DNA of 62,968 nucleotides, counting the filler. It is 3 parts of 3 records of this genome, joined end to end, with 100 filler letters (N's around TTAATTAATTAA, not from the genome) between each part and the next. Parts side by side here need not be neighbours in the genome. Positions count along the whole stretch, not along the records: positions 1 to 23,176 come from DRR378314_64; 2 more parts are not named here. The stretch is one strand, 5' to 3'. Made by a program: the position numbers and the translations under genes. Of the stretch, positions 1-9,095 are shown one piece after another (within the stretch, counting starts at the first letter, position 1; each line of letters opens with the position of its first letter). Under the pieces are notes generated by a model. The model was not told the origin of the DNA and did no database searches. It saw only the letters and a list, made by a program, of their open reading frames with translations.

Positions 1-504
1 GCGGGCAATGGCGATCCGTTGGCGCTGACCACCGGAAAATTCATGCGGATATTTTTCAACATCAGTGGGCTTCAGCCCAACGGAGGAGAGAACTTCACGC
101 ACACGTGCGTCTTTTTCAGATGCGGAAAGATCATCAATCGCGGTCAGCGGTTCGGCCACGATGCGCCCCACAGTATGGTGTGGATCCAAAGAGCCATAGG
201 GGTCCTGGAAAACCATTTGAAAATGCTGTCGGTGGGGGCGAAGCTCGGCAAAGCTTTTGCCAACCACTTCTTCGCCTTGAATAACGACGGAGCCACTATC
301 TGTTGCTTCCAACGCCATGATATTGCGGGCTAATGTGGATTTTCCGCAGCCGCTTTCGCCGACAATGCCAAAGCTTTTACCTTCTTTGATTTCAAAGCTC
401 ACCCCGTTTAGCGCATAGACAAACCGGGGTTTGGAAAACAGGCTTTCTTTAGGTAAGGGGTAATGCCGCACAAGGTCGGTGACTTTAAGGACGGTTTTAC
501 TCAT
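1..504 (-). CDS. Dipeptide/oligopeptide ABC transporter ATP-binding subunit (DppF/OppF-like), runs off the window start
   Basis: Not in the ORF track. Manual translation from ATG at 504 gives [57 protein letters not shown] (Walker A). The ATG overlaps the stop of the upstream ATPase (ATGA coupling). Confidence 0.9.
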   Translation of the reverse strand, partial: MSKTVLKVTDLVRHYPLPKESLFSKPRFVYALNGVSFEIKEGKSFGIVGESGCGKSTLARNIMALEATDSGSVVIQGEEVVGKSFAELRPHRQHFQMVFQDPYGSLDPHHTVGRIVAEPLTAIDDLSASEKDARVREVLSSVGLKPTDVEKYPHEFSGGQRQRIAIAR

Positions 505-1496
505 GTATAAAGTCCCTTCCCACGGGCTTCGATGGCCTCTTTCAGGTGATGGCAGGCCACCTCATGACTGGCACTCATTTCCTGATTGCCGGGGATAGTG
601 GTTCGGCAGGTTTCGCTGGCAAGGGGGCAGCGGTCTGTAAAGGTACAGCCCGCAGGCAGATTGATCAGGTCCGGAACGGTGCCCGGGATCGTCACCAGAC
701 GACCTTTGCGGCCCATACCAACCTTTGGCATGGCGGCAAACAGTCCTTGCGTATAGGGATGTGTTAATTCTGCAAAAATTTGATCCGTATGGCCTGTCTC
801 AACGGCAGACCCGCCATACATGACCATGACCTTTTGGGTGTTTTCAGCAATCACGCCTAAATCATGGGAGATAAGGATCAGGGCCATGCCTTCTTCATCC
901 ACCAGATTTTGGATCAATTCCAGGATCTGATCCTGAATAGTGACATCCAGGGCCGTTGTTGGCTCATCCGCGATCAGCACATCAGGTTCACAGGAAAGCG
1001 CAAGCGCAATCATGACCCGCTGGCGTTGCCCGCCGGAAAGCTGATGCGGGTAATTATGCACCCGTTCGGACGGATTGGGTATGCCCACCCGATCCAGCAG
1101 TCTGACGGTTTCCTCAAACGCGGCCGATTTTGAAAGCCCTTTATGCAGGCGTAAAGGCTCCATAATTTGGCGGCCAACGGTATGTACCGGATTTAGCGAC
1201 GTCATCGGTTCCTGAAAAATCATGGCCATGCGATTGCCGCGCAGGGTACACATTTCCTTCTCGCTTTTAGTGAGAAGGTCCTCACCCTCAAGGAGGATCT
1301 CTCCGCTGGCGACACCATTTTCCGGCAGCAAACCCATCAGGGCAAGGGCGGTCATGGATTTTCCGCACCCACTTTCCCCAACGATGCCAAGTGTCTCCCC
1401 GCGCTGCAGTGAGAAATTCAGGTTCCGCACGGCCCGGGCCGGACCTTGCGCGGTTTGAAGATCAACGTTCAGGTTTTTGACGGTCAATAAACTCAT
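501..1496 (-). CDS. Dipeptide/oligopeptide ABC transporter ATP-binding subunit (DppD/OppD-like)
   Basis: GESGCGKS Walker A, LSGGQRQR signature, ADEPTTALD Walker B, C-terminal HPYT and Cys-rich extension. Confidence 0.95.
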   Translation of the reverse strand: MSLLTVKNLNVDLQTAQGPARAVRNLNFSLQRGETLGIVGESGCGKSMTALALMGLLPENGVASGEILLEGEDLLTKSEKEMCTLRGNRMAMIFQEPMTSLNPVHTVGRQIMEPLRLHKGLSKSAAFEETVRLLDRVGIPNPSERVHNYPHQLSGGQRQRVMIALALSCEPDVLIADEPTTALDVTIQDQILELIQNLVDEEGMALILISHDLGVIAENTQKVMVMYGGSAVETGHTDQIFAELTHPYTQGLFAAMPKVGMGRKGRLVTIPGTVPDLINLPAGCTFTDRCPLASETCRTTIPGNQEMSASHEVACHHLKEAIEARGKGLYT

Positions 1497-1497
1497 G

Positions 1498-2346
1498 TTA
1501 CCGTTTCCTGCTTAAGCGAGGGTCAAGAACATCGCGAAGGCCATCGCCCAGCAGGTTAAGTCCAAAAACGGCCAGCGCAATGGCCGCTCCCGGATATACC
1601 GCCTGCAGGGGTTGCAGGAACATCAGGGTTTGTGCCTCGTTCAGCATTCTGCCCCAGGACGGATGCGGTGGCTGGGTGCCAAGTCCCAGGTAGGAGAGCG
1701 CGGCCTCTGCCAGGATGGCGATTGCAAACTGGATGGTTGCCTGGACAATCAGGATGGACAGGATATTGGGCAGGACATGTTCAATGGTAATTCTGAACTT
1801 GTTTTTGCCGGCGGCACGGGCTGCCATGACATATTCGCGCGCCCAGATGGAATTTGCGGATCCGCGCGTCAGCCGGGCAAACACCGGGATATTGTAGATA
1901 CCAATGGCCAGAATGGAATTGACGCCCCCTGGCCCCAGGATCGCCGTGATCATGATGGCCGACAGGATTGCCGGAAAAGCGAAAGAGAAATCACTGAGGC
2001 GCATGATCAATTCTTCGATCCATCCTCTTTGCGCCGAGGCATAAAGTCCCAGGGCGACACCGGCAAACACACCGATGGAGACAGCAACAACGCCTACAGT
2101 GATGGAGTTTTGAGTGCCGGACATCAACATTGATGCGATATCACGGCCAAACTGATCGGTTCCCAGCCAATGGTCAATCGACGGGGGAAGGAAGCGGGTG
2201 CTGATGGAAATATCAATGGTTCCGGGTGTCCAGAACAGGGAAATCAGCGCACAGGCCAGCAGGAAAAGTGTAATCATCCCGCCAACAACGAAACTGCGGC
2301 TTTTCAAGCAGCGCTGCAGGAAGGTTTGAGGCGATCCGCTACTCAT
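1498..2346 (-). CDS. Peptide ABC transporter permease (DppC/OppC-like)
   Basis: HWLGTDQFGRD motif, EAA-like loop, LSYLGLG, NLLGDGLRDVLDPR C-terminus. Confidence 0.95.
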   Translation of the reverse strand: MSSGSPQTFLQRCLKSRSFVVGGMITLFLLACALISLFWTPGTIDISISTRFLPPSIDHWLGTDQFGRDIASMLMSGTQNSITVGVVAVSIGVFAGVALGLYASAQRGWIEELIMRLSDFSFAFPAILSAIMITAILGPGGVNSILAIGIYNIPVFARLTRGSANSIWAREYVMAARAAGKNKFRITIEHVLPNILSILIVQATIQFAIAILAEAALSYLGLGTQPPHPSWGRMLNEAQTLMFLQPLQAVYPGAAIALAVFGLNLLGDGLRDVLDPRLSRKR

Positions 2347-3293
2347 ATGTCATGGGCCTTCAAACGGGGATCAATAATGGCATAGAGAATATCTACGATA
2401 AAGTTTGTGATAATGACCATACTGGCCAGCAGCAGCACCACATTTTCCACAACGATGGTGTCTCTGTTGTTAATCGCTTTCAGCACCGTTGAGCCGAGAC
2501 CGGGTAAATTAAAAACATTTTCAATAACAACACTGCCAACCAATAGATTTGAGAAATAAATGCCCATGACGGTCAGTACCGGGATCATGGAGTTTCGAAG
2601 GACATGTAGCCACAGGGTGGCCCGTTGGCTCAGCCCTTTGGCCCGGGCCGTTCGGACAAAATCCTCTTTATAGACTTCCAGAACAGACGATCGTGTATTT
2701 CGGGCCAGCATCGCACCAACCACTGTTGCCAGGGACACCGCCGGCAGGATCAAGGCATGAACCGATCCCCAGAAATCCTCTCCCCAGCCGGGAAAACCGC
2801 CAGCAGGGAACCACCGTAAAGACACGGCAAAATAAAGGATCAACAATACACCCAGCCAGAAATTGGGAACAGAGATGCCAAGCTGGCTAATCCCCATCAG
2901 GGAGACGTCACTGGCTTTGTTGTGGTTTGCTGCTGCATATAAGCCGATAATCATGGCAATAACCACGCTGAGGATCATCGCCATAATGGCCAGCGGAATT
3001 GTAATTCGCAGCGATCCCTCGACCAGTTCCCAAACCGGAACTTTATAGGCATAACTTTTGCCAAGTTCTCCTTGCAGGAGGCCGCCGATCCAATCGAAAT
3101 ACCGCTCTACTGGTGGGCGATCCAGCCCCAGCTCCTTGGTGAGCGCAAGAATTGCGTCATCCGTCGCATCAACACCCAGTATGACCAACGCCGGATCTCC
3201 CGGCAGGATTTCCATGACCAGAAATATGACGATTGAAGCGCCGATTAATGTCGCGATAAGCGTGAGAAATCGTTTCGCAAGAAATACGCTCAT
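2343..3293 (-). CDS. Peptide ABC transporter permease (DppB/OppB-like)
   Basis: LPGDPA N-terminal motif, DFVRTARAKGL loop, DILYAIIDPR C-terminus. Confidence 0.95.
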   Translation of the reverse strand: MSVFLAKRFLTLIATLIGASIVIFLVMEILPGDPALVILGVDATDDAILALTKELGLDRPPVERYFDWIGGLLQGELGKSYAYKVPVWELVEGSLRITIPLAIMAMILSVVIAMIIGLYAAANHNKASDVSLMGISQLGISVPNFWLGVLLILYFAVSLRWFPAGGFPGWGEDFWGSVHALILPAVSLATVVGAMLARNTRSSVLEVYKEDFVRTARAKGLSQRATLWLHVLRNSMIPVLTVMGIYFSNLLVGSVVIENVFNLPGLGSTVLKAINNRDTIVVENVVLLLASMVIITNFIVDILYAIIDPRLKAHDI

Positions 3294-3521
3294 GCTTGTA
3301 AAAAATATCCCTGTTAATACTCAGACTTAAACTATTCGTTTCTCAGTTTTGCCGCTCAATGTAATAAGAATATTGTTTGCAGTCAATCATTCCTGAGGGG
3401 GTCGAAAGGCTTCCTGATAAAATTAGATCATTTTCGGGAGCTGCATGCAAATTGAAAAGGGTGCTGATGGGAAAAGTTGAATTTTCTTGCCGTTTTTCCG
3501 CCCTTGAATTAGGTTGCAGCC

Positions 3522-3974
3522 ATGACGTTTTTAACAGCGACAGCATCCGTTTTTTATGCAATTGTCCGCCGCCAAACCTCGGGCGGGGTCCGGCGGAATC
3601 CGATCTTTGCCTGTGTTGCTGCGCTTGCCATTTTGATGAATTTGGCTGTGCCGGTATCTCCTGCAATCTCATCCGATGCCGCGGCTAATGACTATGTGGA
3701 GATTTGCACCTCTGATGGGGTTGATCTGGTCAGTCTTGCGGAACTGGGTTTAAACTCATCCCCACCTTCCCAGAACGAACATTGCCCCTCTTGTGCGGAT
3801 TGTGCTGAATGCCGTTTATCTGCCGCTTCCGGTCTTGCCTATATGTCCCCATCCGGGCCTCATGAGATTGAAATCTCAGAAGCTTTATCTGACTTTACCT
3901 CGGATCAGGACCTTTGGGTCTCTTCGCTGGATCAATGGCCGGAAAGTCGCGCACCCCCTTTTCAAACTTCCTGA
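3522..3974 (+). CDS. DUF2946-family protein, putative copper-responsive leader peptide (CutF/CruR-like)
   Basis: Hydrophobic signal-like segment, VEICTSDG, HCPSCADCAEC, C-terminal RAPP; lies directly upstream of two copper chaperone genes. Start codon uncertain. Confidence 0.8.
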   Translation: MTFLTATASVFYAIVRRQTSGGVRRNPIFACVAALAILMNLAVPVSPAISSDAAANDYVEICTSDGVDLVSLAELGLNSSPPSQNEHCPSCADCAECRLSAASGLAYMSPSGPHEIEISEALSDFTSDQDLWVSSLDQWPESRAPPFQTS

Positions 3975-4044
3975 TTTCGAACTCAGACAGTTGGGACTGT
4001 CTGTTTGATTAGACCGATTTTCTTCGGTGAAGTTTTTGAAGGTG
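3961..4044 (+). promoter_or_regulatory. Predicted multi-branch mRNA structure that may sequester the sco ribosome-binding site
   Basis: AAACTTC (3964-3970) is complementary to GAAGTTT (4029-4035) and TTC (3961-3963) to GAA (4038-4040). Inner hairpins are CAGACAGT/ACTGTCTG (3984-4003) and ACCGA/TCGGT (4013-4028). SD-like GAAGGTG lies at 4038-4044. Confidence 0.55.
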
Positions 4045-4049
4045 TTACG

Positions 4050-4661
4050 ATGAATAAAATATTTGCCTATGTGATTGGCGCGCTTGTCGTTGTTGGGATC
4101 GTCATTGCGATCTTTGTCATTTCCAATGAAATGCTGGGGGATAAAACCGGGGGTCGATCTGGCATTATTGCCGGTGCACCGCAAATTGGTGGACCCTTTA
4201 CTCTGATTAATCAGGATGGCGAACAAGTGACCGATGAAGACTATCACGGTAAATTAATGCTGGTCTTCTTTGGCTATACGTTCTGCCCGGACGTTTGCCC
4301 GACTGAGCTGAATGTTATGGCTCAGGTTATGCAGCAATTGGGAGCGGCCGGCGAAGAGGTGGCTCCGGTGTTCATCACCGTAGATCCCGAACGGGATACG
4401 ACCGACGTGATGAAGGAGTATGTCTCTGCATTTCATCCTTCTATCATTGGTCTAACCGGTGCGCCTGAGCAGATTGCAGCAGTTAAGAAGCATTACCGGG
4501 CCTATGGTCAGGCGGTGGATAAGGAGAAAGATCCGGATTTCTATCTGGTCGATCATACGTCTTTCACCTATCTGATGGACCGGAACGGCAAGTTGAGCAC
4601 TGTTTTTTCGTATGGAACTGAACCTGAGGAAATCGTCAAAACCATTAAAGAAACACTTTAA
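4050..4661 (+). CDS. SCO1/SenC family copper chaperone
   Basis: N-terminal TM anchor, GGPFTL, FGYTFCPDVCP (CxxxC), TVDPERDT, YLVDHT (Cu-ligand His). ATG 4050 follows GAAGGTG. Confidence 0.95.
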   Translation: MNKIFAYVIGALVVVGIVIAIFVISNEMLGDKTGGRSGIIAGAPQIGGPFTLINQDGEQVTDEDYHGKLMLVFFGYTFCPDVCPTELNVMAQVMQQLGAAGEEVAPVFITVDPERDTTDVMKEYVSAFHPSIIGLTGAPEQIAAVKKHYRAYGQAVDKEKDPDFYLVDHTSFTYLMDRNGKLSTVFSYGTEPEEIVKTIKETL

Positions 4662-4679
4662 ATTTTGAGGACCTCAAAA

Positions 4680-5183
4680 ATGAATATGATGAAAACTCTG
4701 AGTGTTGCCGTGATGGCAATATTTGTCACTGTATCTGCTGCAACCGCCATGGAGGGTGTCAAGGTGGATGCGGCCTGGGCACGTGCCAGCAAAGGAAAAG
4801 TTGCGGGTGCGTTCATGGTGATCCATAACCATGCGAAAACTGATGATCGCCTGATGTCGGCAGCTTCACCGGTTGCGCCGCGCGTTGAAATCCACAATAC
4901 CGAAATGAAGGATGGTGTCATGAAGATGATCCATCAACAGGCCGGTATTGCGATCAAGGCTGGCCAGTCACTGGAATTGAAGCCCGGTGGATATCACGTC
5001 ATGCTGATGGGATTGGCTCATCACCTGCAGGAGGGTAAAACCTTCCCGATCACGCTGACCTTCGAAAAAGCCGGAACCGTTGAAGTCACAGCGACCGTAA
5101 AGGCGGCTGGCGCTATGGGCGGCATGGGCCACGGCAAGAAGATGAAGCATGACGGCCATGGTATGAAAAAGACAACAAACTAA
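4680..5183 (+). CDS. Periplasmic copper chaperone PCu(A)C
   Basis: Signal peptide, AWAR, EIHNTEMKDGVMKM, LKPGGYHVML, His/Met-rich C-terminal tail. Confidence 0.93.
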   Translation: MNMMKTLSVAVMAIFVTVSAATAMEGVKVDAAWARASKGKVAGAFMVIHNHAKTDDRLMSAASPVAPRVEIHNTEMKDGVMKMIHQQAGIAIKAGQSLELKPGGYHVMLMGLAHHLQEGKTFPITLTFEKAGTVEVTATVKAAGAMGGMGHGKKMKHDGHGMKKTTN

Positions 5184-5191
5184 CCCCCAAG

Positions 5192-5225
5192 GAGGAAGCT
5201 GGCAGGTCCTGCTTCCTCTATTTAT
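5192..5225 (+). terminator. Possible intrinsic terminator after the copper module
   Basis: GAGGAAGC...GCTTCCTC stem followed by TATTTAT. Confidence 0.5.
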
Positions 5226-5306
5226 ACTTGCAAATAAACGGAATATTTATTTTCTTGGACTAGTTCATATTTATTGAAGGCGAAACAAAGAATTTGGATA
5301 CCGCAA

Positions 5307-6305
5307 ATGAAGCTGGATGAATTAGTTTCTTCGAGGGACAATAATTTCAACCTTTTAAGGTTTGTTGCAGCTTCTCTAGTTTTGTATTCACATTCATTTG
5401 CTCTTTTTTTTGGTGGCGGCGAGTTTGAACCTTTAAGAGAGTACGGCTTTACATGGGGTGCTATCGCAGTTGACATATTTTTTGTTACGAGCGGTTTTCT
5501 AATTTCAAGAAGCCGGGAGCGTTCGACCCTTATAAATTTTGTGTCCAAGCGTGTAATGAGGATTTATCCGGCTTTATTTTTGGCCATGATCCTGACGCTA
5601 GTGTTCCTTCTCCCAGATTTTAGCCACTTCCAAACATATAAATATTTTGTCAAAAATATTACACTTTTTCTGGGTGTTGAGTATTCGTTGCCAGGAGTGT
5701 TTGAAGATACACCCTATCCCAAGGCTGTTAATGGGTCGCTCTGGACTTTGCCATGGGAAGTACGCTGCTATGCACTCATCGCATTGCTGATGATGTTTAA
5801 ACCAAAGATTGGTGTCCCGGCTATCGCAATACTCTCGTTTGTATTGTTGCAAACAGTCGAAAAAGAGTATTTCAGATTGATATTTATGTTTTTTGTCGGG
5901 GGCTCAATATATTTATTTAGAGACTTTATAAGTCTCAAGACTTGGCTGTTTTGTGCAATGTCTCTTGTGTTTGGGATCCTTGTGTATTTTGACAGCTACT
6001 ATGAGCTTTTTTACCTAATTTTATTGCCGTACGTAACGTTGTATCTCGCTTACGTACCAGGTGGCTTTATCAGGAAATTCAATAGTTTCGGCGATTATAG
6101 CTACGGCCTTTATATTTATGCATTTCCCGTTCAGCAAATCCTTACCTATTATGTGTTTTCTATTGAGCTTCATATTGTTTCATCTTTTGTATGTACGCTC
6201 CTTCTTGCAATGATTTCTTGGCATTCTGTTGAAAAGAAATTTATCGGCAAAGATTTGTTGGGCGGTTTAGAGAGACGTTTCATTAAAACTGGGCAGTTGC
6301 CTTAA
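5307..6305 (+). CDS. Acyltransferase 3 (OafA-like) membrane O-acyltransferase
   Basis: NNFNLLRFVAASLVLYSH, VDIFFVTSGFLI, RVMRIYP, NGSLWTLPWE, GDYSYGLYIYAFP; polytopic membrane protein. Confidence 0.9.
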   Translation: MKLDELVSSRDNNFNLLRFVAASLVLYSHSFALFFGGGEFEPLREYGFTWGAIAVDIFFVTSGFLISRSRERSTLINFVSKRVMRIYPALFLAMILTLVFLLPDFSHFQTYKYFVKNITLFLGVEYSLPGVFEDTPYPKAVNGSLWTLPWEVRCYALIALLMMFKPKIGVPAIAILSFVLLQTVEKEYFRLIFMFFVGGSIYLFRDFISLKTWLFCAMSLVFGILVYFDSYYELFYLILLPYVTLYLAYVPGGFIRKFNSFGDYSYGLYIYAFPVQQILTYYVFSIELHIVSSFVCTLLLAMISWHSVEKKFIGKDLLGGLERRFIKTGQLP

Positions 6306-7122
6306 CGGCGAGTTGGCCTTCGGGGCCGGTTGCCCAGACTTCACATTGGTTGTCGTCCAGTTTGCGCCCGCAGATCCGAAACGGGTCTGTATCAAAAATC
6401 GGGCTGGAATTTCGGAATTCGAATGTCTTCAGGCTTTTGCCGCCCATATTGTCGATGGCCAGTTTCATCAACAGGGTGCCGATCAAGGGGCCGTGGACCA
6501 CGAGCCCCGGATACCCCTCAACGGATGTGACGTAATCCCGATCATAATGGATGCGATGCCCATTGAAGGTGAGGGCGGAGTAGCGAAAGAGGAGGACCGG
6601 ATCAGGGACAATCGTTTGTTCCCAATCCGCATCAATGGGCGCCATTTTCGGCTCAGGCGGGGTGTCCCCGGGCTGGGCGGCCTCCCGGTAGACGATGTCA
6701 TGTTCTTCCTGAATGTAGCAGTTGCCATCCTTGTTGAGTTCATGTTCGACGGTTACGAACACCAATTGTCCGGATCTGCCGGCTTTTTCGTCAACTGACT
6801 TGACCGTCGAAATCTTCTCAATCTCGTCACCGGCTTTGATGGGGCGCTGAAATTTGAGGCGACCACCCGCCCACATGCGCCGGGGCAAATCAACGGGCGG
6901 CAGAAAGTCCCCTTTCTTGCCATGACCATCCTGCGCCAGATTGGACTGGCGATCTGTTGGTAAGAAAAACATCCAATGTCCGCCGGCTGGCAGGAAGGGT
7001 GTCAGGGGGGCGTCCTCGTCCATCAGGGCTGAAAAGCCGTCTATGGCTTGTTGATGAATACGTTCGGTGCGTTTTTCGATATTTCCGATCCAGTCGGATA
7101 ATTTTATTTTAGTGTTTGTCAT
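6283..7122 (-). CDS. Double hotdog acyl-CoA dehydratase (HTD2 / mesaconyl-C4-CoA hydratase-like)
   Basis: PRRMWAGG, LFRYSALTFNGHRIHYD, LVVHGPL motifs. Confidence 0.85.
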   Translation of the reverse strand: MTNTKIKLSDWIGNIEKRTERIHQQAIDGFSALMDEDAPLTPFLPAGGHWMFFLPTDRQSNLAQDGHGKKGDFLPPVDLPRRMWAGGRLKFQRPIKAGDEIEKISTVKSVDEKAGRSGQLVFVTVEHELNKDGNCYIQEEHDIVYREAAQPGDTPPEPKMAPIDADWEQTIVPDPVLLFRYSALTFNGHRIHYDRDYVTSVEGYPGLVVHGPLIGTLLMKLAIDNMGGKSLKTFEFRNSSPIFDTDPFRICGRKLDDNQCEVWATGPEGQLAVKATAQF

Positions 7123-7276
7123 TCTATCCTACCACTATATCTAGTGTGATAAATAGATCATATCGGAGCGCAGAAAATTCGTAAATCTTTAACGTAACAT
7201 TATCATTTTGTGGTAAATACTACTAGATATCAAAACGAAACCACATAAATTGCGATTTTCGCTGAATTGAAACCGG

Positions 7277-8242
7277 ATGAAACCACAAAAACTACCATAC
7301 CTGGACCTTTCAAAGGCTGTTTCTGTTGAAGAAGCCGCTCGGTTGATCTTTATGGAAAATTTGCAGCATCTGCAGAATAATTGTCGCCTTTTCTTGAAAG
7401 TGAAAGATGACAATGCGCTGATGCAGATCCGGATTGCCACCCGGCGGATCCGTGTGGCGCTTCGCGTTTTTCGAAATTTTATTCCGCAAGTGACGCGCCA
7501 GCTCCTGAAAGAGGAGTTCAAATATTTCGGCCAGTGCTTGGGTCAGGCGCGCGATCTGGATGTTCTGTCCAATGGCCTTCTCAGTGACAAATGTCCGATC
7601 CCGGGGATTGAGGAAGACTATCAGGACTTACGCAAACGAATTGATAAGCGGCGCAACCGTGAATTTCAGCGGATGCAAAAGAAACTCAAATCCAAGCGTT
7701 TCAAATCTTTGATGAAGCATTATGGCAGTTGGTGTGAAGACCCCTTCGCCTCTCGTTTTGGCAAAATCGCTCTGCCCGAGTTGGACGAGTTCATGGTTGA
7801 GACTTTGAATGAAAGTCGTCAGGAACTGCTGCTCAAAGGGGAAAAGCTCGACGATTATTCAGTTGAGGAATTGCATGAGCTTCGAAAATATGTGAAGCGG
7901 TGCCGCTATCACATCCGGTTTTTCGCCTCGCGTCTAACCCCGGATGTGGTTGAACGGGGATATAATGTTTTAATCCCCATGCAGGACAGTCTGGGTCACA
8001 TTAATGATGTGCATGTGGGCGCGCGCTTGCTGAATAAGATCTGCGCCGATGTCTCAACCAAGAAAATGCACCGGTATCTGCATATGAACGCGCTGCTATT
8101 GGAATATCTGGGACGGCAGGCGGATGCGGAAATGGCAGCTTATGAGGCCTTTTGGACGCGGTTCAAGGAATTTGAAATCACGCCTCAGGACCTGCTTCGT
8201 CTGCCGGTTCCTTTTGGAACGGCATTGTTATCAGCCAGATGA
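7277..8242 (+). CDS. CHAD domain protein (polyphosphate-binding family)
   Basis: QIRIATRRIRVALRVF, LGQARDLDV, LHELRKYVKRCRY, QDSLGHIND. Confidence 0.88.
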   Translation: MKPQKLPYLDLSKAVSVEEAARLIFMENLQHLQNNCRLFLKVKDDNALMQIRIATRRIRVALRVFRNFIPQVTRQLLKEEFKYFGQCLGQARDLDVLSNGLLSDKCPIPGIEEDYQDLRKRIDKRRNREFQRMQKKLKSKRFKSLMKHYGSWCEDPFASRFGKIALPELDEFMVETLNESRQELLLKGEKLDDYSVEELHELRKYVKRCRYHIRFFASRLTPDVVERGYNVLIPMQDSLGHINDVHVGARLLNKICADVSTKKMHRYLHMNALLLEYLGRQADAEMAAYEAFWTRFKEFEITPQDLLRLPVPFGTALLSAR

Positions 8243-9008
8243 TATTTTGACGAAGCTTGCCCTGATACGGGGATAAGCCAATCGACATGTCTGTCCAGCT
8301 TTTTTCAGGTGCGGCCTTATAGGTGCCGAAAATGCGATCCCAACAGGACAGGTTAAATCCGAAATTTCGATGATGTTCGCGCGCCAGAACCGAATGATGA
8401 ACCCGATGCATATTGGGGGTCACAACAAGCAGCCGGACAAATTTATCCAAACGGATCGGCAGGTTGGCGTTGGCATGGTTGAACATGGCCATGGAGCTGA
8501 GAATGATTTCAAACAGAATAACAGCGAGCGCTGAGGGCCCCAGAAGAAATACCGTTGCCAGTTTTAATCCCATGGATAAACAGATTTCAACGGGATGAAA
8601 TCTTGCGCCGGTTGTCACATCATAATCCGGGTCGGCATGGTGCATTTTATGAAACCGCCAGAAGATCGGAGCATAGTGAAAAAGCACATGCTGGCCATAG
8701 ATCACCAGATCTTGGATTATTATGGCGATCAGGATTTCCAATATCGGCGGCAGCGATATCTGATTAAGCAACCCCCATCCGTTCTCGGCGCAAAGGACGG
8801 CAAACCCGGCGGCCAGGATCGGAAAGGCAAAGCGCAGCAGAAAAGCGTTGAAAAATGTTATGCCAAGGTTGTTGATCCATCGCCAGCTTTTGCGGACCCG
8901 AAGATCCCGGACAGGCATGGCAATTTCCCAAAGGGCCACCATTAGAAGTGTGCCGATAAAAAAAACCATCCGCACAGTTGGTTCATGCTGTAAAATAAAA
9001 TCGCCCAT
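8178..9008 (-). CDS. Sterol desaturase / fatty acid hydroxylase family protein
   Basis: Histidine boxes HVLFH, HKMHH, FNHAN, HRVHH with TM segments. Confidence 0.9.
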   Translation of the reverse strand: MGDFILQHEPTVRMVFFIGTLLMVALWEIAMPVRDLRVRKSWRWINNLGITFFNAFLLRFAFPILAAGFAVLCAENGWGLLNQISLPPILEILIAIIIQDLVIYGQHVLFHYAPIFWRFHKMHHADPDYDVTTGARFHPVEICLSMGLKLATVFLLGPSALAVILFEIILSSMAMFNHANANLPIRLDKFVRLLVVTPNMHRVHHSVLAREHHRNFGFNLSCWDRIFGTYKAAPEKSWTDMSIGLSPYQGKLRQNIIWLITMPFQKEPADEAGPEA

Positions 9009-9095
9009 TAGATCTTTCTCTCAAACTCGGATCCATTCTATAGATATGTCAGAAATCGCGCGATCACTTCTTTGTCAGTGAATAAAGGACCTAAA

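Noticed and set aside
19-333. Plus-strand 104-aa ORF and the many other short ORFs antisense to long genes
   Set aside because: They are shadow frames of well-supported genes; here the real gene is the minus-strand ABC ATPase at 1-504.
8178-8242. 65-bp convergent overlap of the CHAD and desaturase genes as antisense regulation
   Set aside because: Short 3' overlaps recur throughout this compact contig and the overlapping tails look unconstrained.
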